Shown here: positions 24,799 through 38,700 of the stretch, one piece after another
How positions within the stretch are numbered: position 1 is the first letter of the stretch
How the letters are laid out: the number at the start of each line of letters is the position of its first letter
Assembly (NCBI GenBank): GCA_030295235.1
Contig: AP026126.1
Coordinates: forward strand, 434,001 to 498,000
DNA length: 64,000 nucleotides
Reading direction: 5' to 3'
Origin: Fistulifera solaris
Lineage: Eukaryota
The notes under the pieces: generated by a model
What the model saw: only the letters and a program-made list of their open reading frames with translations
Told to the model about the DNA's origin: nothing
Database searches by the model: none
Translations under genes and position numbers: made by a program

Positions 24799-25231
24799 GT
24801 GTGTGTAAAAATTTAGACCATCGCGTCGAATAAATTAGTGCTGGAATGAGGGAATCTAGTAAGAAAAAGAGGCAAATGATATTGAAAAGGATAATACCAG
24901 TAATTACCTCGACTTCATTTGCTTCATTACGGCAAAAAAAACATGATGTTGTCTAATTGTCTCATTATAATAATATTATCCCCATTCCGCGACAGTCCTT
25001 CGCTACGCAGCAAAAACGGTCGTTTACTCCACAAGTCAGTGTTGTGAATACCGGATGCACTGCCACCAACGGAGGGACAGAACGCGATGAGATGAAATAA
25101 TTGTGACGAATATAATCAACGAATGAGTGCAAAAGGAACTAAGAGCGGAAGAAAAGCAACAACAACCCATTTAAAACGAACCAAAGCAGCTTGAATAGCT
25201 TTACAAGTAAAAACTTGCATCTTTCAAAAGC

Positions 25232-26392
25232 ATGATACGAGTCCTTTCCGCTCGATCCAGTCTCATTCGCCGCCACTCCGTTGTCACTCGTACGTTCAGT
25301 GCGAATGCCAATCACGACGCGACGACAACCACACCTTCCAATGTCGACGACACACTCAATAAACTGTTCGCTGAACAACAGGAAGCGTTAAACACAACAT
25401 CAGAGGCATTACAGACTGCTTGGGAACCAACGTGGTACAATTTAGCCGATCAAGCTGTCGTCGCCGTTCAATCCTTTCATGATTACTCGGGCTTGGAATA
25501 CGGTTGGTCGATTGTCGGTGTCACCATATTGATGCGTTTGGGTTTATTTCCCGTCATGATTCGAGCCCAACAAACGACATCACGGATGGCACATTTACAA
25601 CCCGAACTCACGCAGATCAAAAATCGGTACGAAGCCCTCGGGGCACCATCTCGACAAGATCAATTGCAATTTTCAAAAACCATGAAAGCACTCTTTGACA
25701 AGTACCAAGTCAAGCCCATGCGCGCCTTTTTGGCACCAGCCTTGCAGCTGCCACTCTTTATGGGTATGTTCTTTGGTCTCAAGAAGATGCCGTCATTGTA
25801 TCCCGAAGAACTCGCGACCGGAGGAATGTTGTGGTTTCCCGATTTGACGGCTTCGGATCCGCTGTACATTTTGCCCCTGGCGTCGTCGGGAACTTTTTTG
25901 TTGCTCATAGAAATGGGAAAAGATCAAATGTTGGCACAAGATCCGGCGAAAGGACAGCTCATGCTCAATGTCTTTCGCATCATGTCGTTGGCCATGTTGC
26001 CCGTCTGTTTCAACCTGGATTCGGCCATGCTGTGTTACTGGACGGTTAACAATGTCGTGACCATGGGACAAACGGCCATTCTCAAAGCACCAATGGTACG
26101 GAAACAGCTCGGGATTTGGGATCCCCCCAAGCCGGTGCCGGGACGAACACCGGAAACCTTGACAGAAGCGGTGGAAAAATTGGCCAAACGGGTGCGGGGT
26201 GATCCTTTGAATGAAAAGCAACGCATGGAAGAACACAATCAAGCCGTCGAAGCCAAAAGAAAACATCTCAAGTCTTTCGACAGACATCACGAAAAAATTA
26301 CGGAATTACCGGAGTCAAGAATCGTCCCTGAATTTAAATGGATACTTAAAAAGTATTGTCAGTCTGTAGACACACACTCAAGTTGCTGTTAA
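25232..26392 (+). CDS. OXA1: Mitochondrial Oxa1/YidC membrane insertase (C-terminus uncertain, probable frameshift near 26260)
   Basis: Mito-type presequence; 'WSIVGVTILMRLGLFP', 'QLPLFMGMFFGL', 'GGMLWFPDLTASDPLYILP', 'YWTVNN'. Confidence 0.9.
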   Translation: MIRVLSARSSLIRRHSVVTRTFSANANHDATTTTPSNVDDTLNKLFAEQQEALNTTSEALQTAWEPTWYNLADQAVVAVQSFHDYSGLEYGWSIVGVTILMRLGLFPVMIRAQQTTSRMAHLQPELTQIKNRYEALGAPSRQDQLQFSKTMKALFDKYQVKPMRAFLAPALQLPLFMGMFFGLKKMPSLYPEELATGGMLWFPDLTASDPLYILPLASSGTFLLLIEMGKDQMLAQDPAKGQLMLNVFRIMSLAMLPVCFNLDSAMLCYWTVNNVVTMGQTAILKAPMVRKQLGIWDPPKPVPGRTPETLTEAVEKLAKRVRGDPLNEKQRMEEHNQAVEAKRKHLKSFDRHHEKITELPESRIVPEFKWILKKYCQSVDTHSSCC

Positions 26393-26445
26393 TGATATCT
26401 TTCTTTAGCATTATGCGAATACTGATGCGAAATGAAACTTAAAAT

Positions 26446-29400
26446 TTAGATTTCATCGCGATCAAAGTTGATGAGAGCATTCTCCTTGCCTAATTTGGCC
26501 TGTGGAGATTGCAAAAATCGATCGAGAGCGGTCTGTAAAACGGCATTCTTTTCGTTGGCCATTTCCTTACTATCGTTCTCCCCATTCGTTGCCATGATGG
26601 CTTGACTCATCTTCGCTTTACGTTGTTGAAGGTTATAAATGTCTTCATCCACAGTAGCCCTAGAGATGAGACGGATCACCGTGACAGGCTTTTTCTGGCC
26701 AATGCGATGACATCGATCTTCTGCTTGCAAATCCGTGGTTGGGTTAAAGTCCAAGTCGTGAAAGATGCAAGTGTCAGCTGCGGTTAGATTAATGCCCAAT
26801 CCGCAAGCTTTCGTCGACAAAAGAAAAATGGGAATGTCGGTGCAACGATTGAACTGATCAATCAGACCCTGCCGCTCGTTGACCGGAGTGCTTCCTTCCA
26901 TACGAAGATAACTGAGGTTCAAGGTTTCCAGCAGGCATGATAGCAGATCTAAACAGGAAGTCCAAACGGAAAAGATTAAGATGCGGTGACCATCAGAGAC
27001 CAAGTCCGGTAACAATTTTCGTAGCTTGATAAATTTCGAGGAGCAAAACAAATCATTCTCGTTCAAGACATATCGGTCCAAGTCAGCACGGCGATGCTCA
27101 TTTTCATCGATGAGTTCCAATGCGGAGAGGTGAATTTCAAAATCGTTAAATTTTTCAAGTTCTTCCGCCACCTTTTCTTTTGTGCAGGCCTCTCCTCGAA
27201 ACGCCCCATATCGATGAAAGTGCGTTGTCAAGTGCTCCTTTTCCGACGCAGATAAATAACGAGTGCGCAGTAACAAGGATGATGAGCCGCCTTCCGCAGC
27301 TGTGTGAACAGGTGATCCTTCGACGCCGAACCACCTTGGCGCTTAGCCTGAATGTGATTCGACAACAAAGAATCATAAACGGTTCGAGCTGTCGGGTCAA
27401 GATCGACCAGCTCAACCTTCTGCCTTTTCGGGGGCATAACTTGGCTCAGCACGTCAACCTTTCGGCGACGAAGGACAAATGGCGAGAACAGCTGCTTCAG
27501 CTTGTCGTAGGCGACTTCATCGGAACCACCTTTACCGCCTTTTATTGAAACAAAATGTTCTAGCATACTCTCACCGCCATCGTTTTGTCTCTCGTCATCG
27601 AAACTGTCACTTGCCTTTCTTGAAAACAAAGGCATCAGAAAGCAGAGAAGGGATAGCAACTCCTTAGGTGAATTTTGCACAGGTGTTCCTGTAAGAAGTA
27701 ATCGGTGATCCGTGGTGAATTTGTCCAGCGATTTGTACCTAATCCAATCCAGGTTGAGCGGAAATGATATAATGGTGCACGAAAGAATTATCTGCGATGA
27801 TAACAACATACCTTGTACCTTTCGCGTTCTTCAGCTGGTGGGCTTCATCGACAACAAGATAATCGTAGCGAAACTTTCTCAGAAAACTTCGATCATCCGA
27901 TTTCTCCTTTTGAAACAATGTAATAGGAGCAAGAATTACATCCAATGGATCCATGCCCATCATTCGCTTGCGACCCGGAAAATACAAACGCAGCTTTTCC
28001 TGCAAATCCTGACGTTCCGCCATGGATCCATGATATTTGATCACATGCAGTTGAGGCGCAAAATTCTGAAACTCGCGTTCCCAGTTGGAGAGAACCGAGG
28101 CGGGAGCCACCACAAGATGGGGCTTTCGGTCCTCCTCACTCAACTTTGATCGTGGGGAGTGATGGCTGTTCAACCAACTAAGAAACGTGATGGTTTGTGC
28201 CGTTTTACCAAGACCCATTTCTAATTGGGCAATTGGTTTGGTGAGAAGTGATAATAGGGAGTATACTATGCACTAGCACAAAAAATCTTACCATCCGCCA
28301 AGATGCCGTTGACATTCGAATGCCCGCGCGAACCGTTCACTTTGCATTTCATACCATTTAACAGTGCCATCCAGTTGACTCCGATCAACTGATATTCTGC
28401 CAGAGTAATATTGGGGCAGATGCTCGCCATGACTTCCGCCGAGATCCACTTGTGATCTTTACTATTATTTTGCGTCATGGTCGACAAGGACAAAGCACCA
28501 TTCGTAATGAGTCCCATGGTCGCCGAATTTCCATCCGAAGACGAACTGGACCATCGAGATAAAGTTTCCAGAATTTGCGCGCTTAGAGAATTGGCCTGCT
28601 CTAAAATGGATGTGGCTTCTTTGGCAGCAGGGTCTATGTAATCATCCTGGTCATCGTCTCTTTCTTCTTCAGAAGATTCGTCTAGCAGCATGTTGACCAA
28701 ATTGGGATCATCTTCATCAATGAATTCCGTTGACTTGTTTTCTTTCTCACTGCGGCTGATAGCCAATGCCAAAGCAATGGCCTCATCTTCGTTCTCATCT
28801 TGATACGCCTTGAATTTCGATTTCTTGAACTTTTTGGAACCGTTTGTCTTTAACTTTTCAACCTTCTTGTTGACATCTTGCAGTTTCTTCCGGAGACGAC
28901 CGGTGAGAGCTGGTTTACTGTCATCATCGTCGGAATCGTGATCGAGAGCATGCGTGGCTGGAGCCCTTTTTTTGGAAGCAAGAATGCAAATGTCCGAGTC
29001 GTCATCCGATAAGCTGCTGACTTTCGTCTCATACCTTCTTGCATGATTCTTTGGTTTCGTCGCCAAGAAACTGTCGTCGCTGTGATCGCTTTCGCCGAAT
29101 TTCTTTGCAGGCATATGAACTTTGATCGCTGAAACACTCTCATCAGTGTCATCCACATCTTTGGTTTCCGACACGAACGTGGCATTCGTTTGTGTGCGAG
29201 AAGGTTGTTTGATAAAGAAACGAGATTCATGCGGTGCATCGATGATTTCCAATTCGTCGTCGTCGTCGTCGTCGTCGGACGACGAATCATCGAGATTGAC
29301 TACATCCGGCTTCTTAGGAAATGTAGCTTTCGAACGACGAGAAGACGGATTCGATTGATTCATACGATGCCCCGGCGGAGGCTTGCTCACGCGTCGTTTG

Positions 29401-29660
29401 GTCAGATTCAAAAACGTATCCAAATCTTCTTCGGATTCCGATTCTTCCTCTACTTCACTCAACTCCTCGTCACTTTTCACAATGAAACTATCCATAGAAT
29501 CGTCATCATCATCTTCTTTTTTGTGTTTCGAGAGAACGGCCGGTTTCTTATTCCCCGGCGTTTTGTGTTTGTGACGCGCGGTCAGGGCCGTTTGTCGGTC
29601 TCGGGCAATGAGATCGTCATCCCGACCGCGTTTTTTCGTCGTCAACCATCCACTGGACAT
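26446..29660 (-). CDS. SMARCAD1: SNF2-family chromatin remodeller, SMARCAD1/Fun30/ETL1 subfamily; introns 28221-28291 and 27739-27811; frameshift near 27275
   Basis: 'YQLIGVNW', 'GILAD|EMGLGKT', 'VVDEAH', 'LLTGTPVQN', 'FVLRRRK', 'GLGINLTAAD..DFNP..D.QAEDRCHRIGQ'. Confidence 0.88.
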
Positions 29661-30119
29661 TTCTTTATATACACTGTGTGAAATGCCGAAGATGCACCCC
29701 ACCCTCTTCGACAGGACGCAGCAGATCGTTCGTGTCGATGTGGGTGTGTTGTTTCTTTTTTCTTTTGCGCCTTGGTACTACGTACCTGGTATCCTTGGGT
29801 ATGGCGGAAGATAGGCGGCAAAACTGCTTCCGACGTCCGACAGACGCAAGCCTGTCGGACCAATGCCGCGCGCTGGCCTGGTTCTATGAATGGACGACGG
29901 GCGTGCAACGGCCTTTGCTTCCAAATTCAAACATTCGGCGCCCACACGCCGGCCTGCACAACGAAATGCAACACAATGCAAACAGTACTGTGAACTGGCT
30001 TGCGTGGGGGTTATCGTTCGAACCGTTTTCACCAAAAAATCTCAAGATTTCGAGCCGATCCGTGCGACGATCTATTCATTCTCTCACACGTTCGTAAATA
30101 ACATTCTATTAACGGCAGC

Positions 30120-31054
30120 ATGTTAACTCCACAGAAACGAGTTCGTTCCGTGAGTTTGGATGATGATCGTACTACTAGTAGTATCCCGCCGGGTCTATCG
30201 ACTTTGCTAGAAGCGGCCGATCAACTGAACGTGTTCGCCGATATCACCAATTCTTCAGCACCACCCCAGCCCGGCATTGGTGTACTACTCGATGCCGCTT
30301 CATCGGTCGCCACCCAGCAACCGCGACTCTTAAAAATTTCGGATGATGAAGAGACACACCCGACGCTCGAACCGCACATAGTGCGGCGCCTCCTTCCTTC
30401 TCCGGAAGAATTAGCGGAAGCCACGACCTTTCGGAGTCGGACCGCACTCGACCATTGGTACGGCCGTCTTCGCGAATTGTACGAATACCAAGCCGTGCAT
30501 CACAATTGTTTGGTGCCTCAAAAGTATCCACCCAATCCGGCGCTCGGTATAGTACGTATCGTGTTTTGTTTCATTCTTTCTCTCTAGTAGAGCTAGCTAG
30601 AATATTATCGATCCTTCTTGAAAACAATCGATCTCACACACATTCACTCACCTGTTTTCTCTTTCTTTCTCTCTTTCTCTCTTCAATACACAAGTGGGTC
30701 AACAAACAACGCATGGAAAAGAAATTACTGGACCAAGGATACAAGAGTGCCATGACGAAATACCGTCTCGCCAAATTGAACCAAGCCGGCTTTTCTTGGG
30801 CCAAACCCAAGGGCGATGTGTCGTGGGACGCCAAATACGCCGAATTGTGTGCCTTTCGTGACCAACACGGACATTGTATTGTGCCTACCAAATATACGCA
30901 AAATACGGCCCTGGGACGGTGGATCAGTACGCAGCGGGCACAAGCGAAAGAATGGCGTCAAGGACGTCCGACCCACATGACTAAGGAGCGTTACGACAAG
31001 TTGTGTGCTTTGAATTTTCAATTTGAGTGTGCCAAAGGTGAGGTCCATTGGTAG
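30120..31054 (+). CDS. Helicase-associated (HA) repeat protein; intron 30552-30694
   Basis: Two 'W....EL..F/Y...H.H/NC.VP.KY..N.ALG.W...QR' repeats; splicing restores 'ALGI|WVNKQR'. Confidence 0.85.
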
Positions 31055-31159
31055 TAAAGATGAGCCGTGTGTGAAACATCCATTCTACACACAGTACAAA
31101 CAATGTAGCTTTATTTTGGGTAATGTTCTCCATTTTTTAGTGTATTACTCCAGTACGTT

Positions 31160-32631
31160 TTACGTTGTCATGTACTCTTTGTGAATCAAATGCGTCGTCG
31201 TTTCCACCAAATGCAACAATTCCTCAATGTCGCCGGCCCACTGCGACAAGATGGCTTCCGGGTTCGACGGAGGACAAAAGCGAACAATGTCGGCCGGACG
31301 ATCCATTTTCGCGTACAAACTGCCGTCACTCACCATTCCCGCAATCTCTTGTTCCAAGGTCGCTACATCAAGTTGCAGCAATTGGGCCAAGCGCGATCCG
31401 TGGATGCGTTTGTAATACAAAGAAGCGACGCGAATGTTGTGTTGAATGATGCGTCGAAAGAAGACTTCTTTCCAGTGTGTGCCGAGATCTCCTTCCATCA
31501 ACGCCGGAGACGATTCCCATTCGGCTTGATGAAGAGTGGGATAATGAATGATTTCTTGTTTCAAGAACAGATGGACGGTCGCTCTGCCAAACATTGTTGA
31601 AACAGTGTGTGTGTGAGTGTGAGCTGGTTATCTACAGTACCATGATTCGATTCCATCCACTTTGCCAACACTCGTCATTTTCAAACAACTTACTGATACG
31701 CGGGTAACTTTTCCAAATTTGAATCTTGAGAAATGCGGTGCATCATATCTTGTTGCTCATTGTTGTACGGACTGAGTGCCAAGAACAACACGGTCGCTTG
31801 TAAGGCCGGCATCCATTGTGTCTCGTCTTGTAAAGTACTCGGTGTCGAATAAATGGCGTGATAATCTTTCGCCAACGCCAAGGCATCTTTTTCGTGACGG
31901 TGTGATATGGTCAAGAGGGAAAAGAATCGGACCTTATAATCTTGCATCGACTCTTCCGCCAAGAATTTGCGCGACACTTTGCCGGCCACAATGGCCGCCC
32001 GAACAAAATCGTGCGCCGCGAGCGTGATGCGCATTTGTTCCAAAATGAATTCAACTTTTTCACGTTTCGACAAGGACCCGTACGTTTCGACGTGAACTTG
32101 TTGCAGTAATTGGGAGGCCTTGTGAATATCCCCGGCTTCTTCACGCAACGTTGCCGCCACGCGGGTCAATTGGGCCCGTTCTCGTTCCAAAAAGATTTTC
32201 CCGTCCGTAAGTTCCCGTAAGGCTTCGATTAAGAGATCACGTTGGGTGGAGGCGTCTTTTCCTGTAACTGGCAATGGCGTGTACGGTGTTTGTACACACC
32301 ACGGGAGGGCTGTTTGCACGAGTGCCTTGATAGCGACCGTCTTTTGCGAACGTCGTGTCGCGAAGGTTTTCAAGGTCGACAACAATGTCGCCCTATCGTC
32401 AGCTTCGTAACACGCCTTTAATGCAAATTCACAGACCTTTACGAGAGAAGCATTGTCATTTCCGACACGACAACGTTTTTCTAATGCCGTCAGTAATTGC
32501 AAGGCTTCATTCAATTGCTTGGCTTCCAACAGTTGCGTACACTGGAGTAATTTGGTATCGGTTTCGGCCGATAAATCTGTCTTTTCTTCCAATTCTCCTC
32601 CTTGAGCTCTGCCCGATTCGCGTGTTGCCAT
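31160..32631 (-). CDS. RPN5: 26S proteasome lid subunit RPN5/PSMD12; intron 31584-31693
   Basis: 'LEKRCR', 'TDGKIFLERERA', 'VETYGS', 'EFILEQMR', 'IIQHNIRV..YY.RI', PCI domain. Confidence 0.95.
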
Positions 32632-32808
32632 GTTGGAAAGTGTATTGTTGAAAGAAAGAGAAGAGAAGAGAAGAGAAGGGATATAACAATAGCAATAGCA
32701 ACACAAGAAAAACAATACTAAGGAACTAGGAAGTGTCGCGTCGTCTTCATTCGAAACAGATCGTCTTGGATCGGCGAGAGGACATGCGGAAAGACGATGT
32801 TTATTCAT

Positions 32809-32875
32809 TCATGACCGAACTGCTGCAGTGTGCAGTCATGGTTGCGTTGCTGGAACTTACACTCTGGGCCACAGT
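32809..32875 (+). repeat. Single copy of the intergenic hairpin element in the RPN5/PPR divergent region
   Basis: TCATGACCGAA..TGCAGTCATGGTTGCG..TACACTCTGGGCCACAGT; shares GCAGTCATGGTTGCG with the 23537 copy. Confidence 0.6.
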
Positions 32876-33030
32876 CCATCCGGAAGACACGGATGTCCGT
32901 ACGGTACTTCATATTCCACGTGTAACATAGCGGAAAAACGGTGCCCATATTTCCTCCAAAACATCATCATCATCGGCTGCTGCGTTACAAGTATTACTCC
33001 GTAATTGCCACCATCTCTGTTGTCGTCGAT

Positions 33031-33047
33031 GAGAGAGAGAGAGAGAG
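33031..33047 (+). repeat. (GA)n microsatellite
   Basis: gagagagagagagagag. Confidence 0.9.
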
Positions 33048-33196
33048 CCTTGGTTTTATTTTATTCTGACATATTATGAAAAGCGACGAGAGTACTGTCT
33101 TATCCTAACGCTTCTTGATGAGAAACACACACTGATATGATTTCCAGTGAATCGACGTGCCAACGAAGGAAACGGAGATTACAATCTCACTATCGG

Positions 33197-35687
33197 ATGG
33201 ATTCTTCCTTCCTGTTGTTGTTGTGGGTTTGCTTGGAACAATCGTCCTGGGCGTTTCTTACGCCCTATACACGCCCAGCTCTTCCATTTATACACTTTCA
33301 ACTATTCGCTTCTTCTTTACAATCATTCGATGACACAACCTTGGACGACGACGACGAAGACGAAGTTCATGCCCATTTCCAAAACAACGACACCACCACC
33401 TTTCTCTATCAGTCGGCCGGTGATAACGATCCCTTATCGACCCAATCCTTTCTTATGGATTTACGGAATTTGGCCGAAGAAGATCCACAACGAGCCCAAG
33501 ATGCTTTGGAAATTATGCTGGATTTATATCAACAACAACCAAACAGTCCTTGGACCATTCCACCCGATGTCTCGTGTTACGGCGCCGTCATGGAAGGGTG
33601 GATTGATGCCGGAGAATTGGAAAAAGCACAAGCGGTCTTGTACCAGATGGAAGACCAATTTCTTTTCAAAGCAAAGAATGAAGCATCCATTGCCGTTGAA
33701 ATGATCTATGTGACCATGATCCAAGGGTGGGTCAAGGATGTCCGACACGATTTCTCGGGAAAATCGGCACAAAAGGCCGAAAATTTGTTGCGACGAATGG
33801 AAGAACGCATCAAATCCGCCAATGTCAAATTGTGGACCATGGTATTGGAGGGCTGGTGTGAACGGGCCGGGATGTTTCGCGAAGCCATGACGAAGGCACT
33901 GGCGTTACTGGAAGAAATGGAACACCGGGAAGATATTTCGCCCAATGTCTTGACGTATACCAGTCTGATTGGAGGATACGCTCGTTCCAAAAGAAAAGGA
34001 CAAGGGAAAAATGGCGGAACGCGTGTTGGAACGCATGATCCAAAGAGGCGTACAACCGGATATGGTCGCTTACACTAGCGTCATTCATTGCTGGTCGAAA
34101 GCGGTCAGTCGGAGAGAACGAGAAGTGGCGGCGAGTCGTGCACTTCGGCTCATTGGCGAAATGGAGCGTCTGTATCTTTCCAAGGATATGTACCATGTCA
34201 AGCCGAGTTTGATCACGTACACAACGGTGATCAGCACTATTGGCAATAGTTTGGATCCCATGGCGCCCAAGCTCGCGGAAGATGTGATGAAACGCATGTA
34301 CACTTTACAAGAGTCTGGTGCTATTGCCAATATGAAGCCGAATACCAACACATATAACGCGGTGATCCATGCATTGAGCAAAGCAGCATCCGGAAGTCAA
34401 GTCAAGTACGCGCAACGCGCGGAACAAATTCTGTACGAGATGATGGAGAAAGCGGAACAGGGCGAACATGATATCACTCCCAACGTTCGAACGTGGGCGG
34501 CGGTGCTGAGGGCGTGGGCCCGATGCGGTGCTCCCGACGCGGCGGAGAACACACAACGGGTTCTGGAACAAATGGAAGCATTGTATGACAAAGGAGAAAC
34601 CGACGCGCGTCCTAATTATGTTTGCTTTACAACGGTAATGAGCGCATGGAGCAACTCGAAAAATCCAGATGCTCTGGACTACATGGAGAACATATTAAAA
34701 CGAATGGAACAGGCGTATGAAGAGACGTTGGAACCTGATACCAGACCAAATACGATATCGTATGTTACAGCGATTGATGCATTCGTGCGGAAGAGCGAAA
34801 AAGATGCAGCACAGCGTGCGCAGGCAACGGTAGATCGCATGGTCAAACTTTATGCGAAAGGTCTCGGGCACGTGCGACCAACACGTGTCGTTTTCAATAC
34901 TTTAATTCATGCATGGTCAAAATCCAAAGTAAATGGAGCTGCTTCGAAGGCGGAAGAAATATTTAAATGGATGGAACGAAAGTATCGTGAAGGTGACGAA
35001 CTTGTTCGACCCGATGAAGTCACGCTTTGTGCCGTGCTAAATGCGTGGGCCAACCAGGCTCAGCAGGGTGGAGCAGAGCGAGCGGAGCAGATTTGGAATC
35101 ACACCAAGTCTTTGTCAATTGAAGAGCGGGGGTTTCCGTTGACGATCATGATGCCCAATATTGTGATTAAAGCTATTTCACGGAGCAAGAACCCGAACAG
35201 TGCCAAGAAGTCTGAAGACATATTGCTGGAGCTCGATGAGGAGTATCGGAGTGGAAAGTCTTCGTTACGCCCAGATGTGACCACCTATTCTTCAGTGATT
35301 AATGCGTGTGCTTATTACAGTGGATCGATTGATGGACGTGTAGAAGCACTCGAAATTGCTTTGCGTACTTTTTACAAATTTTACGAGAATGAAGGAGACG
35401 AGCGCCACAACAATATTACCTTTGGAACTATACTGAAAGCAATTGCAAATTTGATGCAGGTGGGCGAGGAACGTGAAGTACTTGTCCGGGATTTGTTTGA
35501 CAAGTGCACCGAGGAAGGTGTTGTAGATTCTTTCGTTCTTTCTCAAGTGCGATACGCTAGCCCTCAACTTTATCGCGAGTTGGTAGACGAGCCTTGTGGT
35601 TTGGGCGGACCTAATGCGGATGATAGCATTCGAAGCATATTGAAACATATACCACCTGAGTGGTCAGCCAACGTTGTTGATTACTAG
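33197..35687 (+). CDS. Pentatricopeptide-repeat protein, probably plastid-targeted; frameshift near 33990
   Basis: Signal 'MDSSFLLLLWVCLEQSSWA|F'; many 'PN/D..TY..VI.AW.K' PPR repeats. Confidence 0.9.
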
Positions 35688-35799
35688 TGAATGCAGTTTT
35701 TTCGCGGAGCAACATGTTATTATGAAATTGCTGACTTAAACTCAAGACTGATTTATTAAGACAAATGGCCACGGGAAAATTAAATACGCAAGAGTGGCT

Positions 35800-38700
35800 T
35801 TAGAATTGAAGCGAGGTGGTACCACGAGAAGATCCTTCTCCGTTTTGTCTGTTGACGGACACTTCCGCACTTGAAGTAGTTAATGGGCGCGGGATTGGAA
35901 CACTTTCTGGGGCACTGATCAAAGTCGGCGCAATGCTTCCCCACCAACTTATCTTACTTTTCCCGTCCTCAATTACCTTATAGTCGTTTTGATCGAACTG
36001 GAAGCAATGTTGCCAAAACCGGAAGAAGACCTGCCCGTTCACTGGATCCTGGAGGAAGAGACAAGTATTTCACGACGGTGGTTTTCAAATAATCAAGATT
36101 GACATCTTCTCTTCGTCGCACACGGCGTAGCTCTTCGATTTGTTGTTCAACTTCGTGTACTTTGTTTTCCATAAAAGCAAGTTGATTATCTCGCTCGACA
36201 ACCTTTTCCATCATGCTTTCTATTGTCTTGTCACGAGCGGTAATCTGAGCAAGCTGCTGAGACTCTCGATTGCTCTGTTTTGCGGCCAATTCTAGAATGC
36301 GTCTGTCACTTAACGAGCCTTGATCGACTTCTTGTTGGAGCGCGCTATTCGCTTTTCGCAATTCGACACATTCTTGCTCTTTCTCTTGAATTAACTTCTG
36401 TGCTGCGGTACTCTTTTTCGCCATTTGCTGTCGTACAATTTGTAGTTCTTTCTGGAGGGACTCAACCATATTCTTTGTTTTTGCGTCCGGTCCTTTCGGG
36501 ACGGCGGCTAGGGCTTCGGCAGCTACCTTCGATTTGCTCTCAGCTTCTTCGAGCTGAAGACTAAGGTTTCGAATATTTTCCAAGTACTGCTGGATGGTTT
36601 CCTCTCTTTGGCTCATATCATACTTGATTGCTTCCAGTTTTGCATTCAACTCAGAATTGTTGTCAGTTGCATCTGCGAGCTGTTTTTCCAACAAACCAAC
36701 TAGGGCTGTCCGCTGTCCGTGACTACGTTCAGACGCCTCCTTTTCGGACTGCAAACGTTCCACGAGGTTACGATTCTTCGTCGACTCGAGCTTCAACATG
36801 TTAACTTGCTCCCTCAGTTCCGACACCTCACTTTCCGAAGATTTCAATTTAGATTCTTGTTTCTCTGCGCGAGCAAGCTTTTCAGCTAAGTTGTTTCTTT
36901 CTTCCACGATTGAATTCAAGTTATCCGAAAGGGCAGAAACTTTGCCCTGAAGCTCTTCTGTCATGTTCGCCTTACTTTTGACCTCCCTCTCCAAGTTCTG
37001 AATTTTTTCCAAAAACGCATTCTTCTCACGTGTTAAGGACTCTTGGATCTCTATCATGGATGATTCTTTCTTTGACGCAGAAGCCATTGTATCTTCTTTC
37101 TCCTTTCGTGCCTTCTCGAGGTCAGTCGAAAGAACTTTCGTTGATTCGAGAGCGACTGATAGCTGCTTTTTCAGTTTCTCATGTTCCGAGCGTAGTAACG
37201 CAGTGCCCGCAGTAAGCTTTTTCAGTTGATCGACAGCTTCAGTGCACTTAATCTCTTTTTCTTTGATCGTGTCTTGAAACTGTAATGTTTCTGATGAGTG
37301 AGTCTTCCGCAAGTCATCCAGCTTAGCCTTAAATTGACTCGTCAATTGATCAACGTGCTTTTCCATGGCACTACGCAGTTCTTCCTTTTCCTCTGATAAC
37401 TGTCGAATTTTTAAACCGAGCTCTTCGGAGAGCAAACCTTTTTCCTTTTCCAGCGTTGCGGCTGCTAACTGATTGATAGTATCACGATCCTTTTGTCTTT
37501 CCTCATCAATGTCTCTGAGGGCTTTTTCGTGGTCAGCTTTCAATGTTTCAACATAAAGGTCATGGCCCTCTTTCAGTTTCTTTTCCAAGTCCTCAAGTTG
37601 TTGATTAGCACCGTCAGAGGTAGTTTCTAGAGATTGCTTCAACTCAAACTGAGTCTTTTGCAATGTCTCAGAAAGTTTTTCCACTTGTTGCGTAGCCTCT
37701 GCCTCAGCCGTAGTAGCTGCTTCCAGTTTGCGACTCAAGTCCGCCAACGCATCTGACTTTTCTCTGAGCATCGCTTCGAATTGTGCTGTACACTGAGAAC
37801 GTACTTTTCGACTTCCTGAGTAGTATTGCTTTCTGACTCCTTGAGTTGTGCCTTCATCTCGGCTATGACGGTTTCAGCTTCTCCCAGAGACTTCTCTAAT
37901 TTTATAATCCGCTCCTCTGCCGTTTGCAATGCTTCGCTCTTCGCCGCTTCAGAAGCACTAAGTTTGGCTTCGTATTTAGATTTAAGCGACTGAATGGCGT
38001 CATGACTTTCCCATGAAGATGTTGAAATTTGCTTCTCTAGAGATTCCAGCTTCTCTGTCAATGAGCTTTTTTCGTTCTCTAATGAATTGATTCTGCCATT
38101 GAATTCAGTTTCTGTTGACTGAAGCTTCTGGGCGTAGGCAGCTTTAACCTTCGCAAAACTTTGTGCTACGGCCTCTTCTTTCTTTTTCGACTCTTCTAAC
38201 TGGAGTTCGTATTGACCTTTCAGCGATTCAATTTCGGCATCTCTGGCTGAACCAACTTCCTCACGCGCAGCTTGAAGCAGCACCTTCGTCTTTTCGGACT
38301 GATCTGCTTCGAGTGCCGCAGCTTGATCACTGAGTCTGCGTTCGAATTCTGCTGCTGCCTGGTTATTGAGTTCGATCGATTTGGCAAGTTCTGAGCGAAT
38401 CTGTTCTAGTTCCGCCTCAAGCGAGGCCTTATCTCCTGCAATGGACTGACTCGATTCGCTTAGCATCTTTATCTCCTCTTCCAGGTCTGCTAATCTTTTT
38501 CTTTGTTCGTTGACGATCTCTTCGTAGGACGCCCTTTGCTTTGACAGCGCTTCATCGAGCGATTTCGAGGATTCTTCAGCGCCACTTTGCGATGCTTGAA
38601 TTCTAGAGTCGGCCTCCTCTAGCTTTACCATCAACTCCTTCTCTCTTTCCGATAGCGCCCGTAGCTTACTTTTCATTTCATCATTAGCTCGTGTCACACT

